Source of the DNA: a virus
Reading direction: 5' to 3' (one strand)
Length of the DNA: 40,681 bases
Virus record (IMG/VR): IMGVR_UViG_3300019889_000005
Coordinates: 1 to 40,681 of that record
Translations under genes and position numbers: made by a program
In this document: positions 17,043-25,076 of the stretch, piece by piece
How the letters are laid out: each line of letters starts with the position of its first letter
How positions within the stretch are numbered: the first letter of the stretch is position 1
The notes under the pieces: model-generated
Database searches by the model: none
What the model saw: the letters and a program-made list of their open reading frames with translations, nothing else
What the model was told of the DNA's origin: nothing

Positions 17043-18256
17043 TTTAGATGCTCTTTATAATGTTTTGGATTCGGTTGGTGAAATCTGTAGTAGTGAAATA
17101 GATATACTCCCTGCATGATACCTATTTTACCTTTGTGCTGAATCAGCAATTTACGACAAAAAGTGGTATCAAACGCTATGTCGTTTTCCTGGAACTTGAT
17201 TCTTTCCCAGGTCTTCTTCGGCATAAGCATCAACAGTCCTGCTATGCCGCCCATTGCCTGCGTAACAACCGCATAGTTGTTATTGTATAGTTCTTCAGCT
17301 ATCCCATAGTGATTTAATATATTGGGATCATCGCTGAGCTTTCCGTTGTAGCATTGCTGGGCAGATGCCAGTCTGTTTGTTAAACAACCCAGCAAATCGT
17401 ATTTATTTCCCTGCTCCGCAATGATATCCTCCAGTTGCTTTTTTGTGTGTGGATGCAACCACATGCTGTCGTGATCAGTGATACAAATCCAGTCATTATC
17501 TGGCACTATACTGCAATAGTGGTTATACTCCTTGCCTATGTTTTTATCGGCTGCAAACGGCTGAAAGTACCAAATGCGGGGCTTATCTACGTTGCCCGCA
17601 CTCGCATGCTGTTTTATTCGAATGAACTGCTGGAAAACAGCATAATCCAGTACCTTAGGTTTTAAACCGGTTAAATGCAACGCATACGGCAATGATATCT
17701 GATCTCTGACCGAATGCGCTGCCAGTTCTGCATACCAAAAATCGCATAGGGCATTTACAGTCGGTGTATTGGCCCGCAACATGATTCCCGTCTCATACAT
17801 ACCGTTATTTGAAGGGTATCCGGCATCCCTATATTTTTCCTGCTGCTCTATTACAATGCTTCTCGTATCTTTCCCCAACTTAATAACTTGCGCTACTTCT
17901 TCATATACGCATTTACGTCTATGGTGCCTTTTGAGAAGCATTCCTTCGCCTCTGTAATGCGTGTCTATCAACTCATTAAAATCACGCATTTGTACCGTAG
18001 AGCCGTCCATGTAAACAGTATAGTCGAATTCTGGCAAATACTCATGCGCAAGTATTTTTATACGCCGCTGTATTCGCTGTGCAGTCAAACCTTCATGCCC
18101 GGGCCTGCGATCTATGATCCTGATTTCCCACGGAGAGCAGCTTAGCGCCAGATCATCGGTAAAGCATATATATTCCCAGCCCTTGCTTATTATAAACGGC
18201 TCTTTGAGGGTATCATAACCCCCTGTAATTACTGTATAGACTGCTTTTCTAGCCAT
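17039..18256 (-). CDS. Two-domain glycosyltransferase: an N-terminal DUF616 / TOD1-MUCI70-like domain plus a C-terminal GT-A-like domain
   Basis: N-terminal motifs: AVYTVITGGYDTLKEP...EYICFTDD...WEIR...RIQRRIKILAHEYLPEFDYTVYMDG...KCVYEEV...GYPSNNGMYETGIMLR...FWYAEL...SVRDQISLPYAL. The C-terminal half contains WICITDHDSMW (DxD-like). Confidence 0.75.
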   Translation of the reverse strand: MARKAVYTVITGGYDTLKEPFIISKGWEYICFTDDLALSCSPWEIRIIDRRPGHEGLTAQRIQRRIKILAHEYLPEFDYTVYMDGSTVQMRDFNELIDTHYRGEGMLLKRHHRRKCVYEEVAQVIKLGKDTRSIVIEQQEKYRDAGYPSNNGMYETGIMLRANTPTVNALCDFWYAELAAHSVRDQISLPYALHLTGLKPKVLDYAVFQQFIRIKQHASAGNVDKPRIWYFQPFAADKNIGKEYNHYCSIVPDNDWICITDHDSMWLHPHTKKQLEDIIAEQGNKYDLLGCLTNRLASAQQCYNGKLSDDPNILNHYGIAEELYNNNYAVVTQAMGGIAGLLMLMPKKTWERIKFQENDIAFDTTFCRKLLIQHKGKIGIMQGVYLFHYYRFHQPNPKHYKEHLK

Positions 18257-18786
18257 TCTTTATAAGCATTATAGTTTAAGAGGGAATGCACGGGTTTTAA
18301 TTCTAGTTTTTGTGCCACCGGTTCTATTATCCCTGTTCCATAATCATCTAAATAAGTAGTGCATATACCTGGATTATTCACCACTATTTGATACCAAGCC
18401 CTATACACATCACCACACCACTGTTTAGTCCTGCGTGGCCACAATGTCGACTCGTAGCAGGGCGGATTTATATCATGCACAATGATTGTTCCGGCTACCC
18501 TTAAACAATAGAGGCTATTCTTAACATCTCTCAACACTTGTTCATATTCATGCAGCCCGTCAACAAATATTATATCGAATTTGTGCTCCGGATTATTATG
18601 GATAAAGTAATCGTCGGAAGTGCAGGCAAAAAAATTACTATCCTTGTATGGCGGATTTATATCCACGCCGAATTTCCTGCGGCATCTGACCCTTTCAAAA
18701 TTATCACCGTCTCCCAGGCCTATCTCCAAATACGATCTGTAGTGATTCTTATCAATTAGATGCTGTATAAGCTGTGTGTGATTCAT
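18229..18786 (-). CDS. Class I SAM-dependent methyltransferase (the type found in polysaccharide and glycan modification clusters)
   Basis: Motifs: YLEIGLGDGDNF (motif I), FGVDINP, KFDIIFVDGLHEYEQVLRDVKNSL..L..AGTIIVHD. Confidence 0.75.
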   Translation of the reverse strand: MNHTQLIQHLIDKNHYRSYLEIGLGDGDNFERVRCRRKFGVDINPPYKDSNFFACTSDDYFIHNNPEHKFDIIFVDGLHEYEQVLRDVKNSLYCLRVAGTIIVHDINPPCYESTLWPRRTKQWCGDVYRAWYQIVVNNPGICTTYLDDYGTGIIEPVAQKLELKPVHSLLNYNAYKEWLEKQSIQ

Positions 18787-19034
18787 TCCTTGACAATTAC
18801 TGGTTTTAATAATGTGAATTCGCCATTCGATTCTTGTTTAACAAATTGCTCAAAATATGCTGACTCAGAAAGTCCGGGTATATCAAACCGCAGTATTGCG
18901 ATACCATTATATTTATCCGAAAATGTAGATACGTCTTCGCATCTGCCATAAGTATCAAATATCAGGTCTAATACTTTAATTGCTGTATCCAGGTCACTCC
19001 GGACAAAATCATTACTGATTACCAAAAGGGCCAT
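18783..19034 (-). CDS. Hypothetical protein
   Basis: 83-aa ORF coupled by a 4-nt overlap to the methyltransferase gene. Confidence 0.4.
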   Translation of the reverse strand: MALLVISNDFVRSDLDTAIKVLDLIFDTYGRCEDVSTFSDKYNGIAILRFDIPGLSESAYFEQFVKQESNGEFTLLKPVIVKE

Positions 19035-19038
19035 AGCA

Positions 19039-19296
19039 CTAAGGTTTAGGACGTTCGTTTACCACTTCTACCATTTCTAGTTCTATTGTAGCTGAACACG
19101 ATCTATCGGGCCAGTTATCAGTAATAACAATCATGCCGACATTTGGTACCAATTTACCTTCCGGTGTAAATAGTTCATAGTATCCCATCTGCGTGTTGTA
19201 CCATAGCTTCATTCTGCTGTCGATAGGTTCGGGAGGATCAATCATTTTATCGTGTTCGATATCCTCAGGATTAAAATAGTCATTAATATCTGGCAT
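19039..19296 (-). CDS. Hypothetical protein
   Basis: 85-aa ORF downstream of the portal gene. Confidence 0.4.
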   Translation of the reverse strand: MPDINDYFNPEDIEHDKMIDPPEPIDSRMKLWYNTQMGYYELFTPEGKLVPNVGMIVITDNWPDRSCSATIELEMVEVVNERPKP

Positions 19297-19317
19297 AATA
19301 AATAGTTTTTAAGTTGA

Positions 19318-20772
19318 TTATTCAATATCATTATCTTCTTCAAGATCAGGGGCCGGATCATCTATTTGTTGTGTGCTCATGTCATCCATAGGTATAAGAT
19401 TGGATGGCATCCACACACGATCCATATTAGGGTCGGTACTTAGCGGCTCACCCATTATAGACAGTTTACGATTGGGCGTAAGCCAGTATGCCCGTTCCAG
19501 GTAATCAACCTGATCCTTCTTATTCTCTTCCAATTCAGAGAATGCGGATACATCAAAGTCCAACACTGTGTTCTTTCCCTTCAGACCCCAATCCGTCTGA
19601 AATTTCCGGTTCATATTGTCTCGCTCACTGATCAGTGCTGGCAATGAGCATCTAAGCGTTAAGGCCCGTTCGCCTGAATTGGCATTGGCCTGTATCTTAT
19701 TGTCAGGATCATTCATTAGCTGAGAAGGTACTTGCCATATATTACACAGCATGCGCATATTCCACTTCTCAGATTCTATAATATTCAAGTCTACAGGGGA
19801 CATACGCACCCGTGTATATTTCCAGGGACTATTGAGTATTGCTATCTCACCAGCTCTTCTCGAACCTCCTTTTATCAACGCCTCTATCCTTTCCTTGGTG
19901 GCGCCAAGCTGCTCCCACGTAAGCTCTTTCAAATACTCAATATCCGTGCTATCTGGCGATAAAATGCCATCAGCACCACCATTTTGGTATGTGGCGATAC
20001 CTGTCAGAAGACCTTCCTTTACGTTCTGCATTCTGATCTTGGCAGCTCTCACAGGACTCAATCCGTATAACTGGCTACCGATGGCATCCCAATCGGGGTT
20101 ATAGTATTTCTCATGCATTACTTCTTCCTTCTCAAACTGTACCAGTATGCCTTCGTGGTAGGTATACGATGCCGCACGCAGGGGAAATTGCCCGTTTGTT
20201 TTTATCAACATACATTGGCTGGCAAGATTGTTTAACTCCAACGGTAAACCTTTAGACAATGGCGCTTCTGAGATCATGGCCCAGCGAAATTTATCACCCG
20301 TTATCAATTTGAACCCTACGCCCTCTTCCACCATATCAGCCCAGGTCTGCGTCTCATTAGGGTATTTAATTAGCTCTGCTAGTCTGCCTTGTGGATTATA
20401 TGCTTCCAGCGCCTTATTTCGCAGCCCCATCATGTCCTTATAGTCCTTCACAATCCTTTCTAAACCTACACTCTCCTCCATCTTATCATAGGCGATAGAA
20501 CACATATTCTTCAGACGGCTCATGTAAGCATTATATGCCTTTTCATCCTTGATCGTGTACCAGCCCCAGGTTGGTACTTTCACTTTATTGGTAATGAGGT
20601 TGATAATGGAATAAACAATGTCATTACCTATGTATCCCTCCCTGACATAGGTCTTTTTCTTGTCCGAGTACAAAACTGTCTCGGCAGCGCCCAGGTAGGG
20701 ATAAGATATCCTGCTGGGTGGCACAATTGCTTTCTTACGAAAAGGATTAAGACGCTGAAATATATTTGTCAT
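19318..20772 (-). CDS. Portal protein
   Basis: 484 aa with a 4-nt overlap to the TerL stop and an acidic C-terminus. Size and position are typical of portals. Confidence 0.8.
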   Translation of the reverse strand: MTNIFQRLNPFRKKAIVPPSRISYPYLGAAETVLYSDKKKTYVREGYIGNDIVYSIINLITNKVKVPTWGWYTIKDEKAYNAYMSRLKNMCSIAYDKMEESVGLERIVKDYKDMMGLRNKALEAYNPQGRLAELIKYPNETQTWADMVEEGVGFKLITGDKFRWAMISEAPLSKGLPLELNNLASQCMLIKTNGQFPLRAASYTYHEGILVQFEKEEVMHEKYYNPDWDAIGSQLYGLSPVRAAKIRMQNVKEGLLTGIATYQNGGADGILSPDSTDIEYLKELTWEQLGATKERIEALIKGGSRRAGEIAILNSPWKYTRVRMSPVDLNIIESEKWNMRMLCNIWQVPSQLMNDPDNKIQANANSGERALTLRCSLPALISERDNMNRKFQTDWGLKGKNTVLDFDVSAFSELEENKKDQVDYLERAYWLTPNRKLSIMGEPLSTDPNMDRVWMPSNLIPMDDMSTQQIDDPAPDLEEDNDIE

Positions 20773-22196
20773 ATCGCCATTGGTTTAAACCTGGGTTTGG
20801 AATGTCTTATTATAGCCTGCACAACTGCATCATTCAGGTCATCATGCTTGGCATTAGGAAAGTTAAGAATGCCTTGTTCATGATCATCATAAAGTAAAGA
20901 TAACAGACTTTCACGAATATGCACAAACCCTGCTTCCGCAGTAGGGGTGGCATTCCTGGTTCGAGCTACCTTATCACCACCATTCACTTCTACCTCTATA
21001 GCCACTATACCTGACTTCTTGATAGTTTGTTTAGCACTCTTTCCGCTGGCCTTGGCCTCTATGTAATGCGGCGAAGGACGTAAGTTCATAGCTTTGATCA
21101 GCTCAGGAAATTCAAGGCGCATATAGCCTAGTTTATCTATGTATATGTGGTTGTCCCTGGTTCTGCCAGATGTACAATATGCTGAAGCATCATTCGCTTC
21201 CTTCTCCGTATAAGCAGTGTCCCAATCAGTACCATATGCTTCCAGGGTATCGGGTGCAGGAAATATGTTATCCGGTACCGGTATAAACCACTTGCGCCAT
21301 ATTCCTCCTTCTTCAGGAGCAGTCTTCTGCATAATTTGACCAGCATAGCCATAACTGCCAAGTTTAGCCTTCAGTATATTCAATGCGCCGTGTCCTAATC
21401 TCTTAGTGTCAAGTAGATCATTCTTATAATTAGCCTGTAACGTCAATGGGTATACGTTATCTGCCTTTTCGCCCGGCAGGCAAATACGATTTATATTATA
21501 ACCGCTGCTTATCCAATGCCCTGATGGATCATCATCGTGCAATCGTTGCATCACCATTATAGTCACCGTTCTGATCTTATCAGTCTTACGAGTAGACAAT
21601 GTGCGTGATACAAATCGCATGGCTCTCTTCAAATCCTTTTCGCTTACTGCTTCTTCAGGGTTGATAGGATCATCTATCAGTATGAAATCTCCATGCATGC
21701 CTGTTACGGTGCCGCTAGTGGATGTGACAAATCTTTCCCCTTTCTGATCATTCTTAAAATGCGTCTTACCATCCGAATCGCTCTTAAATTTTATCCAATC
21801 GGGATACAGCAAATTGAACTTATCCGATTTCAAACAGTCTCTTGTCTTCACTGCATGAGCAGTAGCGAGATCGCCAGCATAAGAGCTGGATATAGTTCTG
21901 ATTGATCTGTCTTTCACCCAAAGCCATGCAGGGAAGAGCTGCGTAACCATAGTAGACTTTGACATACCAGGAGGCAGATTAATAAGTATATCAGGCTGAC
22001 CTAAACCCAGCTCCCACCAATCAAATGCTTCCTGCAGCATAGCACATATATATTCTATATGCCAGTTAGGTACAAGGTCGACAGACTCTATGGTCTCCCA
22101 CATCTCGCAGAAGAATCTATAAAAAGAACGCCTGCATAATTCTGCAAGCGCTTTATTTGCGGATAGCTTTGGCAAGTTCATTAAGGAAGGATTCAC
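20769..22196 (-). CDS. terL: Terminase large subunit
   Basis: Deviant Walker A at LINLPPGMSKST and Walker B at DFILIDDP. The C-terminal nuclease motifs are GTDWDTAY..EANDASAY and HDDLNDAVVQA. Confidence 0.9.
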   Translation of the reverse strand: MNPSLMNLPKLSANKALAELCRRSFYRFFCEMWETIESVDLVPNWHIEYICAMLQEAFDWWELGLGQPDILINLPPGMSKSTMVTQLFPAWLWVKDRSIRTISSSYAGDLATAHAVKTRDCLKSDKFNLLYPDWIKFKSDSDGKTHFKNDQKGERFVTSTSGTVTGMHGDFILIDDPINPEEAVSEKDLKRAMRFVSRTLSTRKTDKIRTVTIMVMQRLHDDDPSGHWISSGYNINRICLPGEKADNVYPLTLQANYKNDLLDTKRLGHGALNILKAKLGSYGYAGQIMQKTAPEEGGIWRKWFIPVPDNIFPAPDTLEAYGTDWDTAYTEKEANDASAYCTSGRTRDNHIYIDKLGYMRLEFPELIKAMNLRPSPHYIEAKASGKSAKQTIKKSGIVAIEVEVNGGDKVARTRNATPTAEAGFVHIRESLLSLLYDDHEQGILNFPNAKHDDLNDAVVQAIIRHSKPRFKPMAI

Positions 22197-22710
22197 TAAA
22201 TTGACTGTAATCTATTTCATCTTTTAAGCTCTCGCCATCGGTAGTAATATCTTTTTTCTCCACTAATTGGAGATCGCGTGCAATGATGTTAGCATTAAAG
22301 AATCCAGAGACAGCACCCTCAAACTTTTGCGTATAAATTATCTGGTCGATCGCGTGTATGACGCTCGAAAAATCTTTTTCATTCGGGCTTAATGCTGCTT
22401 TAAAATGGTTGAAATAATTAACGTTACAATCCATGTAAATACACAGCCCCTTCAACGAATAGGGTCTTTTAACAGGTATGTCCACCCAATATTTTATATG
22501 GCTCGTTTCTTCTCCTGTAATTAAATCTTCTTCCCAAACTACCTCAGGTTTTTTTAGCATCTCCGCTTTATAAAGTGGATTGTCGTCCACCCATTGAAAA
22601 TATTCGCATGCCGCTTCCCACATTAACTGGCCATCAGCAAATAATTTATACCTACCGTGTCTGCTACGTATTTTCCAAAATTGGTTACCCTTCGGTGCTC
22701 CTTGTGCCAT
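22153..22710 (-). CDS. terS: Terminase small subunit
   Basis: The N-terminus GAPKGNQFWKIRSRHGR...F..G..MWEAACEYFQWVDDNP is typical of this TerS family. The gene is directly upstream of terL. Confidence 0.7.
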   Translation of the reverse strand: MAQGAPKGNQFWKIRSRHGRYKLFADGQLMWEAACEYFQWVDDNPLYKAEMLKKPEVVWEEDLITGEETSHIKYWVDIPVKRPYSLKGLCIYMDCNVNYFNHFKAALSPNEKDFSSVIHAIDQIIYTQKFEGAVSGFFNANIIARDLQLVEKKDITTDGESLKDEIDYSQFSESFLNELAKAIRK

Positions 22711-22930
22711 GATCTAATTCTTTATTTTGCTGTTTTACAAAATCCATTATCATAATTAATTGTTCTGAATTTAAATCCTCCTGCTTTAAATTGCTATCTG
22801 GTTCAAAATAATAACATCCATCGCCTTCACTGAAGTTAATCTCTCCTAACAAGCTTTGTGTTTCTATATCAACAACACCGAAAGTGACATGCTTAGGTTT
22901 TCTGACTCCTATGAATTGTATAGCGGGCAT
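22685..22930 (-). CDS. Hypothetical protein
   Basis: 81-aa ORF. Confidence 0.4.
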   Translation of the reverse strand: MPAIQFIGVRKPKHVTFGVVDIETQSLLGEINFSEGDGCYYFEPDSNLKQEDLNSEQLIMIMDFVKQQNKELDHGTRSTEG

Positions 22931-22953
22931 ATTATTCTAAAATTTAATACAAT

Positions 22954-24360
22954 TTACGAAAAAACATTCATATATCGCTCTACTCTTGCTTTTACGGCCT
23001 TCATCAGCAGCTTTTGTACATTCGCTTTCGATTCCATGCTGGCCATGACTTCCAGTTCAATGGAGTCCCGCATTATGATTTCGTGCTTAAACACGGTCTT
23101 AGTTTGACCAGGGCGCAGAAAGCGGGCATCTGCTTGGTCTTTAAGCTCTATATCCCAATTAGGCTGCCCAAACCACGCAGATACGTGCCCACCGTACTGC
23201 AGATTCAAACCATGGCCAATGCTCCTGGGATGGCCTAGAGAAACCGTAATTCTGCCTTTATTCCAATCTGCTATATCACCATCACTATTCAGGATGCGAA
23301 CCTTGTATTTCTTCAACCGTGCCAGTAAACGCTCCCGATCATGCTTAAACCAGTAGAATACGAATACCGGATCGCCATTCGCTTCTTCGATGATCTCCTC
23401 CAGCGCATCCAGCTTCAGATCGTGCACAACGTGGTAATTCTTATTCTCATCATATACTGCCCCATTACAGAATTGAAGTAGCTTAGATGACAGGGCCGTA
23501 GCATTAACAGCCGTGATCTCGGTATCACCGAATAGTTTAAGAACTTGTTCACGCTCAAAATCCAGGTATTGCTTGCTGAGCCGCTGGCCCATTTTCAAAG
23601 AGATTATATTGCTCACTTCTTCCGGCAATTCGTGGTAATCCCTGGTCTTCATGCTAATGCAGACATCTTTTATCTTATCAGCTATTATCTTAGCATTTAT
23701 ATCTGCGCCTATCAGTAAATTCCGTTCCGATCTCAATTTATGACTGAAAGCCATAGTACCATTTCCTTTGTCTACCACAAAGTATTTTCTGCGGAAAAGG
23801 CTTAATTTCTGTCCTAATCGCTCTCCTCTGTCCATCAGATATAGCTGCGCCCAGAGATCAATTAGACTTTTTGGTGAAGGCGTACCAGTTAATAGCACTA
23901 TCCGCTTTATCAACGGCCGAACCATTTTCAATGCTCTGAACCTGATAGATTTGCTGTTCTTAAATTTGCTGCTCTCGTCTATCACCACCATATCAAACGG
24001 GAATGCTGTAGCATACTGCGCTACCAGCCATGCCGTATTCTCGCAACCAATCGTGTAAATATGCGCTTTTACTTTTAGAGCCTGCAATCGCTGTTTAACG
24101 TCCCCGGTGATTACTGAACAGGTAAGTCTGTTCAAATGGTCAAACTTTTCTATTTCCCCTGGCCAGACAGAAGTCGCGACTCTCTTCGTAGAGATCACCA
24201 GCACCCGTTTAACGGCCCTGCGCTCAAAAATAAGCCTGTTTATCACAGTAAGGGTTATAACAGTCTTCCCAAGCCCCATTTCCATAAACAGAGCAGCATA
24301 TTCGTGATCCATTAAGTGCTGATCAGCAAAAAGCTGGTAATTATGCGGTCCGTATATCAT
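22954..24360 (-). CDS. SNF2-family (DEAD/DEAH-like) helicase
   Basis: Motifs: MGLGKT (motif I), VVIDESSKFKN (motif II), LLTGTPSPKSLIDLWAQ (motif III) and a C-terminal helicase domain with GLNLQ. Confidence 0.85.
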   Translation of the reverse strand: MIYGPHNYQLFADQHLMDHEYAALFMEMGLGKTVITLTVINRLIFERRAVKRVLVISTKRVATSVWPGEIEKFDHLNRLTCSVITGDVKQRLQALKVKAHIYTIGCENTAWLVAQYATAFPFDMVVIDESSKFKNSKSIRFRALKMVRPLIKRIVLLTGTPSPKSLIDLWAQLYLMDRGERLGQKLSLFRRKYFVVDKGNGTMAFSHKLRSERNLLIGADINAKIIADKIKDVCISMKTRDYHELPEEVSNIISLKMGQRLSKQYLDFEREQVLKLFGDTEITAVNATALSSKLLQFCNGAVYDENKNYHVVHDLKLDALEEIIEEANGDPVFVFYWFKHDRERLLARLKKYKVRILNSDGDIADWNKGRITVSLGHPRSIGHGLNLQYGGHVSAWFGQPNWDIELKDQADARFLRPGQTKTVFKHEIIMRDSIELEVMASMESKANVQKLLMKAVKARVERYMNVFS

Positions 24361-24655
24361 ATTCTATATCTTTTATCAGCTTCTCCAAATCGCCGTTAGT
24401 AATTACTACCCAAACCCTGAATCCTAGTTTTCTCAATTGCTTGTGCACATATTTCTGTCTTTCACTTAAACTGCCTTCGGCGGTCTTTGTTTCAACAAAC
24501 CATATCTTGCCCCCAGGCATTAAAATTATGCGGTCAGGCATTCCTGTAAAGAAAGTACTGAACCATTTCAGGCATAAACCGCCTAAATTGTCAATTTTAC
24601 GTTTCAGACTGTTTTCAATCTGTTTTTCTAGTTTTTTTATCAGCATTTCTATCAT
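24341..24655 (-). CDS. VRR-NUC domain nuclease
   Basis: GMPDRIILMPGGKIWFVETKTAEGSLSERQKYVHKQLRKLGF is the PD-(D/E)xK core of VRR-NUC. Confidence 0.8.
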   Translation of the reverse strand: MIEMLIKKLEKQIENSLKRKIDNLGGLCLKWFSTFFTGMPDRIILMPGGKIWFVETKTAEGSLSERQKYVHKQLRKLGFRVWVVITNGDLEKLIKDIEYDIRTA

Positions 24656-24696
24656 TTTTAGGCTTAAAAACTCGATGGTGGCCGATTACAGCCGAA

Positions 24697-24736
24697 TTTG
24701 GTCTAAATTTCTCTGTTTTTGGTCTAAATTTTTCTG
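24697..24736. repeat. Two tandem 21-bp repeats, TTTGGTCTAAATTT(C/T)TCTG
   Basis: The copies at 24697..24715 and 24718..24736 match at 18 of 19 positions with a 21-bp period. Confidence 0.85.
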
Positions 24737-24747
24737 CTTTTCGTGTT

Positions 24748-25075
24748 TTGCGGCTACTTTTTACCTCCCGCCCAATTGCGGCTACCCGGCGTAAACCCTT
24801 ATCAGCAGAGCCTTTCAAGGATTTTATATCAAAAAGGTTGCACGGTAGCCACAATTTTTGTAGAAGGGAGGGCGAATTAGACTGCGAATCCTAAAATATT
24901 CTAAATCTGCAATCCTCAGTTCTCTTTGTCTAAATGATCTAATCAGCTATCAAGTGTTTTATTATTATTTGCGGCTACTTGTGGCAACCTAAGAGTATAA
25001 AGCAGTACTGTGGCTTTTTTACAGATTGCCACAAGCCAGTTGCCGGGTTATAATTCCGGCTACTTACGGCAACCT
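24748..25075. repeat. Iteron-like array; candidate replication origin or regulatory region
   Basis: TTGCGGCTAC occurs at 24748, 24776 and 24969, with the variant TTCCGGCTAC at 25054 and an inverted GGTAGCCAC at 24844. The composite TT(G/C)CGGCTACTT(GT/AC)GGCAACCT occurs at 24969..24990 and 25054..25075. Inverted partners are TTGCCACAAG (25026..25035) and GTTGCCG (25039..25045). Confidence 0.6.
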
Positions 25076-25076
25076 T

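Noticed and set aside
24697-24736. A CRISPR-like array
   Set aside because: There are only two 21-bp units, directly adjacent, with no spacers and no cas genes. They are interpreted as iterons or binding sites.
24441-24854. ORFs 24441..24794 (+, 117 aa) and 24615..24854 (-, 79 aa) in the iteron region
   Set aside because: They are low-complexity translations of the repeat DNA (for example EKFRPKTEKFRPN comes from the 21-bp tandem repeat). They overlap the VRR-NUC gene and show no protein-like pattern.
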